DNA of 64,000 bases from NCBI GenBank assembly GCA_001029755.1, contig CP011214.1, positions 273,564-337,563 of the forward strand. The letters run 5' to 3'. This DNA comes from Candidatus Woesebacteria bacterium GW2011_GWF1_31_35 (GTDB lineage Bacteria > Patescibacteriota > Microgenomatia > UBA8517). The stretch's first letter is position 1; the number at the start of each line of letters is the position of its first letter. The notes beneath the pieces were generated by a model, which worked only from the letters and a program-made list of their open reading frames with translations, was not told the DNA's origin and made no database searches. The position numbers and the translations under genes were made by a program. Below are positions 56,997-64,000 of the stretch, piece after piece.

Positions 56997-57875
56997 ATGA
57001 ATAAACCAAACTCGATTACAAATAAAATTGGAATTATCGGTTGGGGATTTGTGGGGGAGGCAACTGGAGTGGGTTTTTCGAAAAATAAACAAAATAAAAT
57101 TTTTTGGTTTGATAAATTTAAGGAAAGCCCAAACACTTTTGATGAAGTGATAGAAAATTCTGAATATATTTTTATTTGTGTTCCAACCCCAATGTTTAGA
57201 GATTATTCTGGGATGGATATATCAATTGTTAAGGGAGTGGTTGAAACAATTGCTAGTAAAGTTATAAATACTTCAAAAGTAATAATTATCAAATCAACTG
57301 TTCTTCCTGGAACAACCTTTGAATTTGCCAAAAAATATCCAAATGTAAATTTTGCCATGAATCCCGAGTTTTTAACTCAAAATAAAGCAAAGGAAGATTT
57401 TTTAAATCCTGCTAGAACTGTTGTTGGTGTTACCAAAAAAGAAGTTGGAGAAAGAATTAAAAAACTTTATTCAAGTATACTTCCAAAAGATCAGCCATAT
57501 TTTATTACTGATTTAGTTTCAGCAGAACTTATTAAATATATGAGTAATGTAACTTTAGCTTCAAAGGTGCTGCTTGCAAATGAATTCTATGAACTTGCAA
57601 ATAAAATTGGTGCAAATTATGAGGAAGTTTATAAAGCAGTAGAAGCGGATCCTAGAATTGGTAAACATTTAAGGGTTCCAGGTCCAGACGGAGATTTAGG
57701 ATTTGGGGGAGCTTGTTTTCCAAAAGATACTTTAGGACTTTTATCTTTTGCAAAAAATAATAAAGTTGATATGAGTGCCCTTGACGCTATTTGGAAGAAA
57801 AACTTAAAAATTAGAAAAGTAAGAGATTGGGAACATATGGATAATGCTTTTGGTAGGGGAGCTTCAAAAAAGTAA
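56997..57875 (+). CDS. UDP-glucose/GDP-mannose dehydrogenase-family protein, short form
   Basis: 292 aa. N-terminal GIIGWGFVGEATG Rossmann fold and catalytic-Cys motif GGACFPKD. Lacks the usual ~130-aa C-terminal domain. Confidence 0.6.
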   Translation: MNKPNSITNKIGIIGWGFVGEATGVGFSKNKQNKIFWFDKFKESPNTFDEVIENSEYIFICVPTPMFRDYSGMDISIVKGVVETIASKVINTSKVIIIKSTVLPGTTFEFAKKYPNVNFAMNPEFLTQNKAKEDFLNPARTVVGVTKKEVGERIKKLYSSILPKDQPYFITDLVSAELIKYMSNVTLASKVLLANEFYELANKIGANYEEVYKAVEADPRIGKHLRVPGPDGDLGFGGACFPKDTLGLLSFAKNNKVDMSALDAIWKKNLKIRKVRDWEHMDNAFGRGASKK

Positions 57876-57919
57876 TAATTTGACTTAGAAATTAATTTCT
57901 GTAATACTTATTCTAGTGT

Positions 57920-58603
57920 TTGATTATGACAAAATTTTTGGAAAGAAGCGAGGTAATTAAATTAAGACTTCAGGGTAAAAGTTATAGTGAAATAAAGCAA
58001 ATTGTGAATGTATCTAAAAGTTCATTAAGTTTATGGCTTAGAAATGTTCAACTTACAGAAAAACAAATCTCTGGATTAAAAGAGAAAAAAATAAGATCGG
58101 TTGAAAGATTTATTAAATCAATGAAAATAAAAAGACAGATTCGATTGGAAACATACTTAAATAATCAAAAACACAAATGGTTACCGCTTTCTGAAAGAGA
58201 AGAATTTATTGCTGGACTTTTTCTTTATTCAGGAGAGGGAAATAAAGTAAGTTCAAATAGTATTTCGATATCAAATACTGACCCATCTGTTATTAAATTT
58301 TCGTACTATTGGATGCAAAATTGTTTACTAATTCCGAGAGAAAAAATATTTTTAAAATTACATCTATATGATGACATGAATATTGAGGAAGAAACAAATT
58401 TTTGGTCCAAAGAAATAGGAATAGATAAAAAACAATTTAAGCGACCATACATAAAAAAATCTTCAAGAATTGATATCGATCAAAAGGGATATGGTCATGG
58501 AACTTGTGGAGTTTGGGCATTCAAAACAGAGATAAAAGAAAATATACTTATGGCTCTAATGGCAATTTTAAATCATTATGCTTCTAAAATGACTCGACTT
58601 TGA
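57920..58603 (+). CDS. HTH + single-motif LAGLIDADG-like endonuclease-family protein, immediately upstream of tRNA-Ile(UAU)
   Basis: 227 aa. HTH (GKSYSEIKQIVNVSKSSLSLWLRNV) plus EEFIAGLFLYSGEGNK motif. Paralog of 7964..8638 and 10390..10803 (shared NFW, KQFK, YGxGTC motifs). Stop is 15 nt before the tRNA. Confidence 0.4.
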   Translation: MIMTKFLERSEVIKLRLQGKSYSEIKQIVNVSKSSLSLWLRNVQLTEKQISGLKEKKIRSVERFIKSMKIKRQIRLETYLNNQKHKWLPLSEREEFIAGLFLYSGEGNKVSSNSISISNTDPSVIKFSYYWMQNCLLIPREKIFLKLHLYDDMNIEEETNFWSKEIGIDKKQFKRPYIKKSSRIDIDQKGYGHGTCGVWAFKTEIKENILMALMAILNHYASKMTRL

Positions 58604-58618
58604 TATAATCATTAAATT

Positions 58619-58691
58619 GGCTCGGTAACTCAGTGGTCAGAGTGCCAACCTTATAAGTTGGAAGTCGATGGTCCGATCCCATCCCGAGCCA
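58619..58691 (+). tRNA. tRNA-Ile (anticodon TAT / UAU)
   Basis: 73 nt. Acceptor GGCTCGG/CCGAGCC, D arm ACTC-AGTGGTCA-GAGT, anticodon stem CCAAC/GTTGG with loop CTTATAA, T arm GATGG-TCCGATC-CCATC. No encoded CCA. A TATAAT box lies at 58603-58608. Confidence 0.65.
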
Positions 58692-58709
58692 CTAAATTAT
58701 TATTAACCA

Positions 58710-58898
58710 ATGGATAAAAATACAAAACTTCTAGAATTAATAAAGAAAAGAGATGACTATAAAGAGAAACTTACTCAGATGTATAAATATTTTCATGGAG
58801 TAAAACACGAAAGCGCTCATTCTGAACTACAATACTCTGAAATTAAAGTATATGAGGACATGTTAAATTCTGTTGTGGAAGAGATAAATAATTTATAA
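58710..58898 (+). CDS. Hypothetical small protein
   Basis: 62 aa, predicted helical. Confidence 0.2.
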   Translation: MDKNTKLLELIKKRDDYKEKLTQMYKYFHGVKHESAHSELQYSEIKVYEDMLNSVVEEINNL

Positions 58899-58899
58899 A

Positions 58900-59130
58900 T
58901 TAATTTTTATCGGGATTTGAGAAATTGTTGATTGCTTTTATAATTGCATTAAATGCATTTTGATGATCTGTCCATTCATCAAATGACATTGGGCCAGTAC
59001 ATTCTGTGAGAGGGGGGCGATTCTCGAAATTGTCTAGATATTCTTGATAATCAACACGAGATTGTATTAGTGCATTAAAATCTGGTAAATCACTTTTTTC
59101 TCCTTGATTTTGTAATATATCTTTTCTCAC
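58900..59130 (-). CDS. Hypothetical small protein
   Basis: 76 aa, directly downstream of the recombinase gene on the minus strand. Confidence 0.2.
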   Translation of the reverse strand: MRKDILQNQGEKSDLPDFNALIQSRVDYQEYLDNFENRPPLTECTGPMSFDEWTDHQNAFNAIIKAINNFSNPDKN

Positions 59131-59135
59131 TATGG

Positions 59136-59999
59136 TTATAGCTCAATTAAAGACTGTTTTTTACTTGATTCTGTAGTTCCTGCAAGTTCAATATATCTTT
59201 CTGTGGTTGAAAGTCTTTTATGTCCTGCAACTTGAGAAATTAAAATTAAATCAACTCCATTTTTAATGTTTTCTACAATAAATGTGGTTCTTAAATCGTT
59301 TACAGAATATTTTGGAAGTTCTGCTTTTTGAATAAATCTGTCAACTGATGCTCTTATATTTCTAACTGCAAGTGGTTTTCCGGTCTTACTGATAAAAATA
59401 TATTCGGAAACCACTTTTGGTCTTTCAATCATATACTTTTCAATTGCTTCTTTTGCTGGTTTATTTAAAGGAATTGTTCTTTCAGGTTGTGTTGCATAGC
59501 CCTCAATCTTTATAGTTTCTTCATTAATATCAGCAGTTTTAATATTAGCTACTTCTGAAATTCTTAAACCAGTTTGAAGTATTAATTCAATCATTGCAGA
59601 TATTCTAGGATCATTTCTTACAGCATCTCTTAAAGCTCTATACTCTAAAGGAGTTAAAAACTTAGGCATTGAAGCCTCCACCTTAGGATGAGATACACTT
59701 TTAGATAAATCAGTTGAAAGATAGTTTTGTTCTACCATCCATCTAAAGAATGTTTTAACAGCATTTAATTTTCTAGAAACTGATTTTGGTGTATATTTTT
59801 CAGAAAGTAGGGTATCTCTAAATGAATCTAAATTAGAAAGTTTAACTTGGTCTGGAGTTGCAATACTACCTTTAGTCAAAAATTCCACTAATTGCTCAAG
59901 ATCAGATCTATACGCTAAAATCGTGGCTGGAGACCTACCTTTTTCAGCCAAACTTGCCATGAATTTTGGCAATAAACTTTTAATTGTATCCTGTGTCAT
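59136..59999 (-). CDS. Tyrosine site-specific recombinase (XerC/XerD-like)
   Basis: 287 aa. N-terminal SAM-like domain and a C-terminal catalytic region with R...HxxR...Y (GHKRLSTTERYIE). Confidence 0.75.
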   Translation of the reverse strand: MTQDTIKSLLPKFMASLAEKGRSPATILAYRSDLEQLVEFLTKGSIATPDQVKLSNLDSFRDTLLSEKYTPKSVSRKLNAVKTFFRWMVEQNYLSTDLSKSVSHPKVEASMPKFLTPLEYRALRDAVRNDPRISAMIELILQTGLRISEVANIKTADINEETIKIEGYATQPERTIPLNKPAKEAIEKYMIERPKVVSEYIFISKTGKPLAVRNIRASVDRFIQKAELPKYSVNDLRTTFIVENIKNGVDLILISQVAGHKRLSTTERYIELAGTTESSKKQSLIEL

Positions 60000-60055
60000 A
60001 ATATAAATACCTTAGGCTTGGGGCAAAACTTTCAAGTCTAAGTCATAATTATACA

Positions 60056-60424
60056 GTGAATAAAAAATTAGTCAACATTATAGGTTTCCTAGTTTTATTA
60101 ATACTTTCAGTTGTTTTAGTCTCATCTTTTTTCAAAAGTATCAAAAGAATTAGAGAAGGTGACGCAATAATTGAAAAAACAAAGGTAAAACTTGAAAAAT
60201 TAAATGAAGAAAATAAAAAACTAGAAGAACAACTTAAAATTACTCAAAGTGAAGAATTTGTAGAAAAACAACTTCGAAATAAACTAGGTCTTGCTAAAGA
60301 AGGGGAGATTGTCCTAGTCTTACCAGACAATGAAACATTAAAAAAATTAGCTCCAGTAATCCCAGATGAAGAAGAAGTAACATTAAAACCTAATTGGAAG
60401 AAATGGATTGATCTATTTAAATGA
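60056..60424 (+). CDS. FtsB/DivIC-like septum-formation initiator
   Basis: 122 aa. N-terminal TM, coiled coil, and EFVEKQLRNKLGLAKEGEIVLVLPD motif. Confidence 0.5.
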   Translation: MNKKLVNIIGFLVLLILSVVLVSSFFKSIKRIREGDAIIEKTKVKLEKLNEENKKLEEQLKITQSEEFVEKQLRNKLGLAKEGEIVLVLPDNETLKKLAPVIPDEEEVTLKPNWKKWIDLFK

Positions 60425-60432
60425 CTCCCTTG

Positions 60433-60692
60433 TTGCGGAGCTGGGAGTTGAACCCAGCCTGCGAGATTATGCTGTTCTGTAATCTCCAATTACTTGGAGT
60501 GCCGGACTATATCTTCATCCTATTTTTAGGAGCTCGGCGTGTAGTCTCTAGGGGGTCATTTTTAGACTTCCCTCGGGATTGACCTTTTAAAAAAAAGGCG
60601 TTCCCCGATATAGCCAAGTTTCACTTTTAACATTACTATTAAAGTGGCCCAATTTTAGTTAAGCCTCGCGTGCAGCCGTACACTACCCCGCA
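60433..60692 (-). tRNA. tRNA (anticodon CAT; Met or Ile2 type) interrupted by a group I intron in the anticodon loop
   Basis: Minus-strand 5' exon TGCGGGGTAGTGTACGGCTGCACGCGAGGCT (60662-60692) and 3' exon CATAATCTCGCAGGCTGGGTTCAACTCCCAGCTCCGCAA (60433-60471). These reconstitute acceptor TGCGGGG/CTCCGCA, anticodon stem CGAGG/TCTCG, loop CT|CATAA and T arm CTGGG-TTCAACT-CCCAG. The exact splice junctions are inferred. Confidence 0.55.
60472..60661 (-). mobile_element. Group I intron (about 190 nt) within the tRNA(CAU) gene
   Basis: The minus-strand sequence carries group I core elements: an R-like AGAGACTACA, an exact S element AAGATATAGTCC (GACTA/TAGTC form P7), a P-like AAATTGGGCC, a Q-like AATCCCGAGG, and a terminal G. 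It is locally GC-rich. No ORF inside. Confidence 0.6.
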
Positions 60693-60749
60693 TATAAAAA
60701 CGTTGTTATTATAACATATGAGTTAATAATTTGGTAAAATACCAAGTAC

Positions 60750-60823
60750 GGCAGGGTAGCTCAGTTGGTTAGAGCACTGGATTCATATCCCAGAGGTCGT
60801 GGGTTCGATCCCCACCCCTGCTA
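60750..60823 (+). tRNA. tRNA-Met-type (anticodon CAT), intronless
   Basis: 74 nt. D arm GCTC-AGTTGGTTA-GAGC, anticodon loop TTCATAT, T arm GTGGG-TTCGATC-CCCAC, acceptor GGCAGGG/CCCTGCT (G1·U72 wobble). Confidence 0.75.
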
Positions 60824-60832
60824 CTTAATTAG

Positions 60833-60861
60833 ATCCGCCACAATTTGGCGGATTTTTTGTT
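60833..60861 (+). terminator. Rho-independent terminator after the tRNA(CAU) gene
   Basis: ATCCGCCA-CAATT-TGGCGGAT hairpin followed by TTTTTTGTT. Confidence 0.6.
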
Positions 60862-60873
60862 AGAATAGAAGAT

Positions 60874-61854
60874 ATGAAAAGAGTTTTGTCAGGAATTAGA
60901 GCAACAGGCAGGCTTCATTTGGGAAATTACCTTGGGGCGGTTCTTGGTATGCTTGAATTACAAGAAAGAAATGATCTTGAAACTTTATATATGGTTGCTG
61001 ATCTACATACTTTAACAACACCATATGACAAAAATGAATTAAAAAACAATGTTAGAAATGTAGTTTTAGATTATTTAGCAGCAGGTTTGGATCCTTTAAA
61101 ATCAACTATTTTTATACAGTCACAGGTTCCAGAACACACAGAACTATTTTATTTATTTTCAACTGTTGTGTCTTTAGCTCGCATGATGCACCTTCCAACA
61201 TATAAAGATAAATTAAAACAGTATCCAAATGCTTCAACTGTTGCTCTTCTTAATTATCCTGTATTAATGGCTGCTGATATTTTAATTTATAAAGCAAGTT
61301 TAGTTCCTGTAGGGATTGATCAAGAACCTCACCTAGAAGTTTCAAGGGAAATTGCCAGGAAAATGAATGAAATTTATAAAACAGATTTTCCAGAACCAAT
61401 TAGATTTGCAACAAAAGGAGAATATGTACCATCTTTAACAGGGGAGGGGAAAATGAGCAAGTCAGTCGAAGGAAGTTATATAAATTTAACAGATGATTTA
61501 GAAACTATTAAGAAAAGATTGGCAGGAGCACCAACAGATTCTGGAGTAGGTAAAAAGATTCCAGAAACTGGAGGAGTAGCTAATTTACTTAAATTTGTTG
61601 AGTTATTTGAGGATATAGAAAAACGCAAAAAATACGAATTAAGTTATCTTAGTGATGGAATTAAATACTCAGAACTTAAAGAAGAATTAGCAGATGCAAT
61701 TTATAAAAAATTACTACCAATTCAAGAAAAAAGAAAACAATTTGAAGAAGATCCGAGAGAAGTAGATGGAATAATTAAAGAAGGTGCAGAAAAAGCAAGA
61801 AAAATTGCAGGTGATACATTAAAAGAAATAAAAGAAAAGATGGGATTGTTATGA
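60874..61854 (+). CDS. trpS: Tryptophanyl-tRNA synthetase
   Basis: 326 aa. HIGH-type motif (TGRLHLGNY) and KMSKS. Confidence 0.9.
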   Translation: MKRVLSGIRATGRLHLGNYLGAVLGMLELQERNDLETLYMVADLHTLTTPYDKNELKNNVRNVVLDYLAAGLDPLKSTIFIQSQVPEHTELFYLFSTVVSLARMMHLPTYKDKLKQYPNASTVALLNYPVLMAADILIYKASLVPVGIDQEPHLEVSREIARKMNEIYKTDFPEPIRFATKGEYVPSLTGEGKMSKSVEGSYINLTDDLETIKKRLAGAPTDSGVGKKIPETGGVANLLKFVELFEDIEKRKKYELSYLSDGIKYSELKEELADAIYKKLLPIQEKRKQFEEDPREVDGIIKEGAEKARKIAGDTLKEIKEKMGLL

Positions 61855-62198
61855 TAAATTTCGAAGAATTTCAAAATGTTGACATAAGAGTTGGAACTAT
61901 TCTTTCTGCTGAGGTTCCAGAATGGAGTCATTGGGTTATTAGATTAAAAGTTGATTTAGGAGAAGAATTGGGTGAAAAAACTGCATTTTCGGGCATAATG
62001 AAGTTTTATAAGCCAGAAGATTTAATAGGAAAACAATTTCCATTTGTAGTTAATCTTGAACCTAAAAAGATTGGACCTGAAAATGAATTTTCAGAAGTTA
62101 TGATGATAATGGCGACTCCTGGAGAAGACGATAATGAAGTTGCCCCCGTTCTTTTCAAACTTTCTAAAAAAGTACCAAATGGTACAAAAGTAAGATAG
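61851..62198 (+). CDS. tRNA-binding domain protein (CsaA/Myf/EMAP-like OB fold)
   Basis: 115 aa. FQNVDIRVGTILSAE...FSGI. Start overlaps the trpS stop. Confidence 0.6.
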   Translation: MINFEEFQNVDIRVGTILSAEVPEWSHWVIRLKVDLGEELGEKTAFSGIMKFYKPEDLIGKQFPFVVNLEPKKIGPENEFSEVMMIMATPGEDDNEVAPVLFKLSKKVPNGTKVR

Positions 62199-62199
62199 A

Positions 62200-64000
62200 A
62201 TGTATAATTTGCAAAGTATGAAACCTTTAGAAAATAATAATATGAAACTTACTGGAAACGGTAAAAAAACTAACAAGAAACAGGTAATGGTTAAACTAAA
62301 AATTAATATCTGGACTGTTGTTTTTGGAATTCTTTTACTATTTTTTTTCCTTCCACCTATTTTTTCCCTTCTTGGCATTGGTTCTCCTGTTAGTACAAAA
62401 ATTGATTTATCAGTTGCTTTAAACGATATAAAAAATGAAAAGGTTGAAAAGGTTGTTATTGAAAAAGATAACATCCTATTGACTTATAAAGATGGAAAAA
62501 ACCTAACAGCAGTTAAAGAAGAGGGGGAAAGTTTTGCAGATTTGCTTCAAAAATCAGAAATTGATCCTACAAAAATAAATTTTTCAATAACAGATCAAAC
62601 TTTAGCTAAAGCTTTAGCTGAAATTTTAGGAATTGTACTTCCAATTATTCTTTTAGGTGGACTATTTCTTTATATGATGAAATCTCAAACTAAAGGTGCA
62701 CAAGATATTTTCTCCTTTGGTAGAAGTAAAGCAAAGATCTTTGCAAAAGGAAAACAAAGTATAACTTTTGCAGATGTTGCAGGAGTTGATGAAGCTAAAA
62801 AAGAATTGGTTGAAGTAGTTGATTTTTTGAAAAATCCTGAAAAATATAGAAAAATTGGAGCAAGAACACCAAAGGGAGTTTTATTATTCGGTCCGAGTGG
62901 TGTGGGAAAATGTGTAATTGGTGATTCATTAGTGTCGACTTCTAAGGGTCTTTTGGAGATTAGAGATATTCCAAAATATTTTTCGGTTGAAGAAAACGGA
63001 TTTGTTCATGGGGCGACGTTGTCTTCGTTTGATTTCTCTAATTCTATCGATACTATTGCAAAGGCGTCACATTGGTACGATTTAGGTATATCAGATACCT
63101 TAAAACTTCAGACTTATATGGGACATGAAATAGAAGGAACACTAGAACATCCGTTGGTATTTATAAATGATCAAGGAAAGTTAGAATTCAAAAGGTTAGA
63201 TCAAGCTAAAGTTGGTGATTGGATACCAGTAAAAACAAACAATCAGATGTTTGGTAATTATAAAGTGTTGGATACAAAAACAAGTTACTTATTGGGTTTA
63301 CTCACTGGTGACGGGGGAATGTCGATTAAGGATAGAATTTATTTTTCGACAGCAGATAAAGAATTATTATTATTTTTTAAAACATATTTTAAAAACAAAT
63401 TTGAATATTCAATCAAGAAAGCTAATAGTAAATATGATTATTATATAAGCTCTTCAAATATTAAGTCCGAAATTACACATTATGGAATGGACGAATCTTA
63501 TTCACGAAATAAAAAAATTCCAGATCAGATAATGTTATCTCCGAAAGAAAATGTAGTTGCCTTTTTACAAGGGTTATTCGATACAGACGGTTCTGTATAT
63601 AAAACTGGAAAAGTAGAATATTCAACGAGCAGTAAAAAACTAGCCAGGCAAGTAAGTGCTTTATTATTAAATTTAGGAGTGATGCATAAATTTAGAGAAA
63701 AAGGCGATAATCAATATTCGAGTTCATATGTTATTTTAATTTCAGGAACCAGTTTAATTAATTTTACTGAACAAATTGGTTTTAGATTGAAAAGAAAGCA
63801 AGATAAATTGGATTTATATCTTTCAAAAATTAAATTAAGGACGAATGTTGATTTATTTCCATTACAGGGACCTCGAATTAAAAAAATATGGAGGTATTTA
63901 GTTGAGAATGGTAAAAAACCGTCTAAGTTTGTTGACGAAAACTTTCATAAACAGATTTGTAGATACGCTGATAATGGTCGAAGACCATCTAGAGAAAGTT
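62200..64000 (+). CDS. ftsH: ATP-dependent zinc metalloprotease FtsH (5' partial), interrupted by an intein in the Walker A motif; continues past the window end
   Basis: Not in the ORF track because there is no stop inside the window. Translation from 62200 gives an N-terminal TM, a periplasmic domain, a second TM, then FADVAGVDEAKKELVEVVDFLKNPEKYRKIGARTPKGVLLFGPSGVGK, followed directly by CVIGDSLVSTSKGLLEI, an intein. Confidence 0.75.
   Translation, partial: MYNLQSMKPLENNNMKLTGNGKKTNKKQVMVKLKINIWTVVFGILLLFFFLPPIFSLLGIGSPVSTKIDLSVALNDIKNEKVEKVVIEKDNILLTYKDGKNLTAVKEEGESFADLLQKSEIDPTKINFSITDQTLAKALAEILGIVLPIILLGGLFLYMMKSQTKGAQDIFSFGRSKAKIFAKGKQSITFADVAGVDEAKKELVEVVDFLKNPEKYRKIGARTPKGVLLFGPSGVGKCVIGDSLVSTSKGLLEIRDIPKYFSVEENGFVHGATLSSFDFSNSIDTIAKASHWYDLGISDTLKLQTYMGHEIEGTLEHPLVFINDQGKLEFKRLDQAKVGDWIPVKTNNQMFGNYKVLDTKTSYLLGLLTGDGGMSIKDRIYFSTADKELLLFFKTYFKNKFEYSIKKANSKYDYYISSSNIKSEITHYGMDESYSRNKKIPDQIMLSPKENVVAFLQGLFDTDGSVYKTGKVEYSTSSKKLARQVSALLLNLGVMHKFREKGDNQYSSSYVILISGTSLINFTEQIGFRLKRKQDKLDLYLSKIKLRTNVDLFPLQGPRIKKIWRYLVENGKKPSKFVDENFHKQICRYADNGRRPSRES
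62911..64000 (+). mobile_element. Intein (partial, continues beyond window) with LAGLIDADG endonuclease domain inside the FtsH P-loop
   Basis: Begins with Cys right after GPSGVGK. The N-terminal splicing block (CVIGDSLVST) resembles that of the NrdJ intein (CVTGNTLVST). LAGLIDADG motifs LLGLLTGDGGM and FLQGLFDTDGSV. Confidence 0.75.

Noticed and set aside
60425-60720. GC-rich intergenic block considered as RNase P RNA, SRP RNA or a tRNA pseudogene
   Set aside because: GTCCGG and ACAGAA-like strings are only ~30 nt apart, whereas RNase P needs ~270 nt between them. No SRP domain IV motif is present. The block is better explained as a tRNA(CAU) split by a group I intron, with exact S element and R/P7 pairing.
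63251-63448. 65-aa ORF near the window end
   Set aside because: It lies inside the FtsH intein coding region in another frame.

Overview
This 64-kb window reads as a low-GC (~30%), gene-dense, small-genome bacterium, most likely a Candidate Phyla Radiation / Patescibacteria-type lineage. Many genes overlap by 4 nt, consistent with translational coupling. Core content includes smpB with tmRNA, comF, dnaG-rpoD, pyrH, a glycolysis/pentose-phosphate cluster (tpiA, rpiB, pgk, gap, split transketolase, class I aldolase, pfkB kinase, 2-hydroxyacid dehydrogenase), two class A PBPs, nrdR with an intein-containing B12-dependent nrdJ and a PduO adenosyltransferase, trpS, and the 5' part of ftsH, which is also interrupted by an intein.

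The non-standard content is dense. I see ten tRNA genes: four tRNA-Ser isoacceptors within 3 kb, tRNA-Arg(GCG), tRNA-Asn, tRNA-Ile(UAU), and two tRNA(CAU), one of them split by a group I intron. Three divergent paralogs of an HTH + single-motif LAGLIDADG-like (I-CreI-like) protein each sit immediately upstream of, and co-oriented with, a tRNA gene. Two LAGLIDADG inteins interrupt essential proteins, NrdJ at the active-site Cys and FtsH in the Walker A motif. A cobalamin-riboswitch-like leader sits in front of an uncharacterised zinc-ribbon protein. A tRNA-Asn-anchored islet has at least four decayed copies of the tRNA 3' end and a GC-rich foreign gene. There is a translationally coupled array of four T4SS-pilin-like (VirB2/TrbC-like) genes plus a Cys-rich pilin fusion, and a VirD4-like ATPase elsewhere. 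A three-member paralog family of membrane-anchored proteins shares a conserved C-terminal motif, with one copy sandwiched between the PBP genes. A XerC/D-like recombinase is also present. No rRNA and no CRISPR array is visible. All calls are from reading the sequence and the ORF track by eye; no searches were run.
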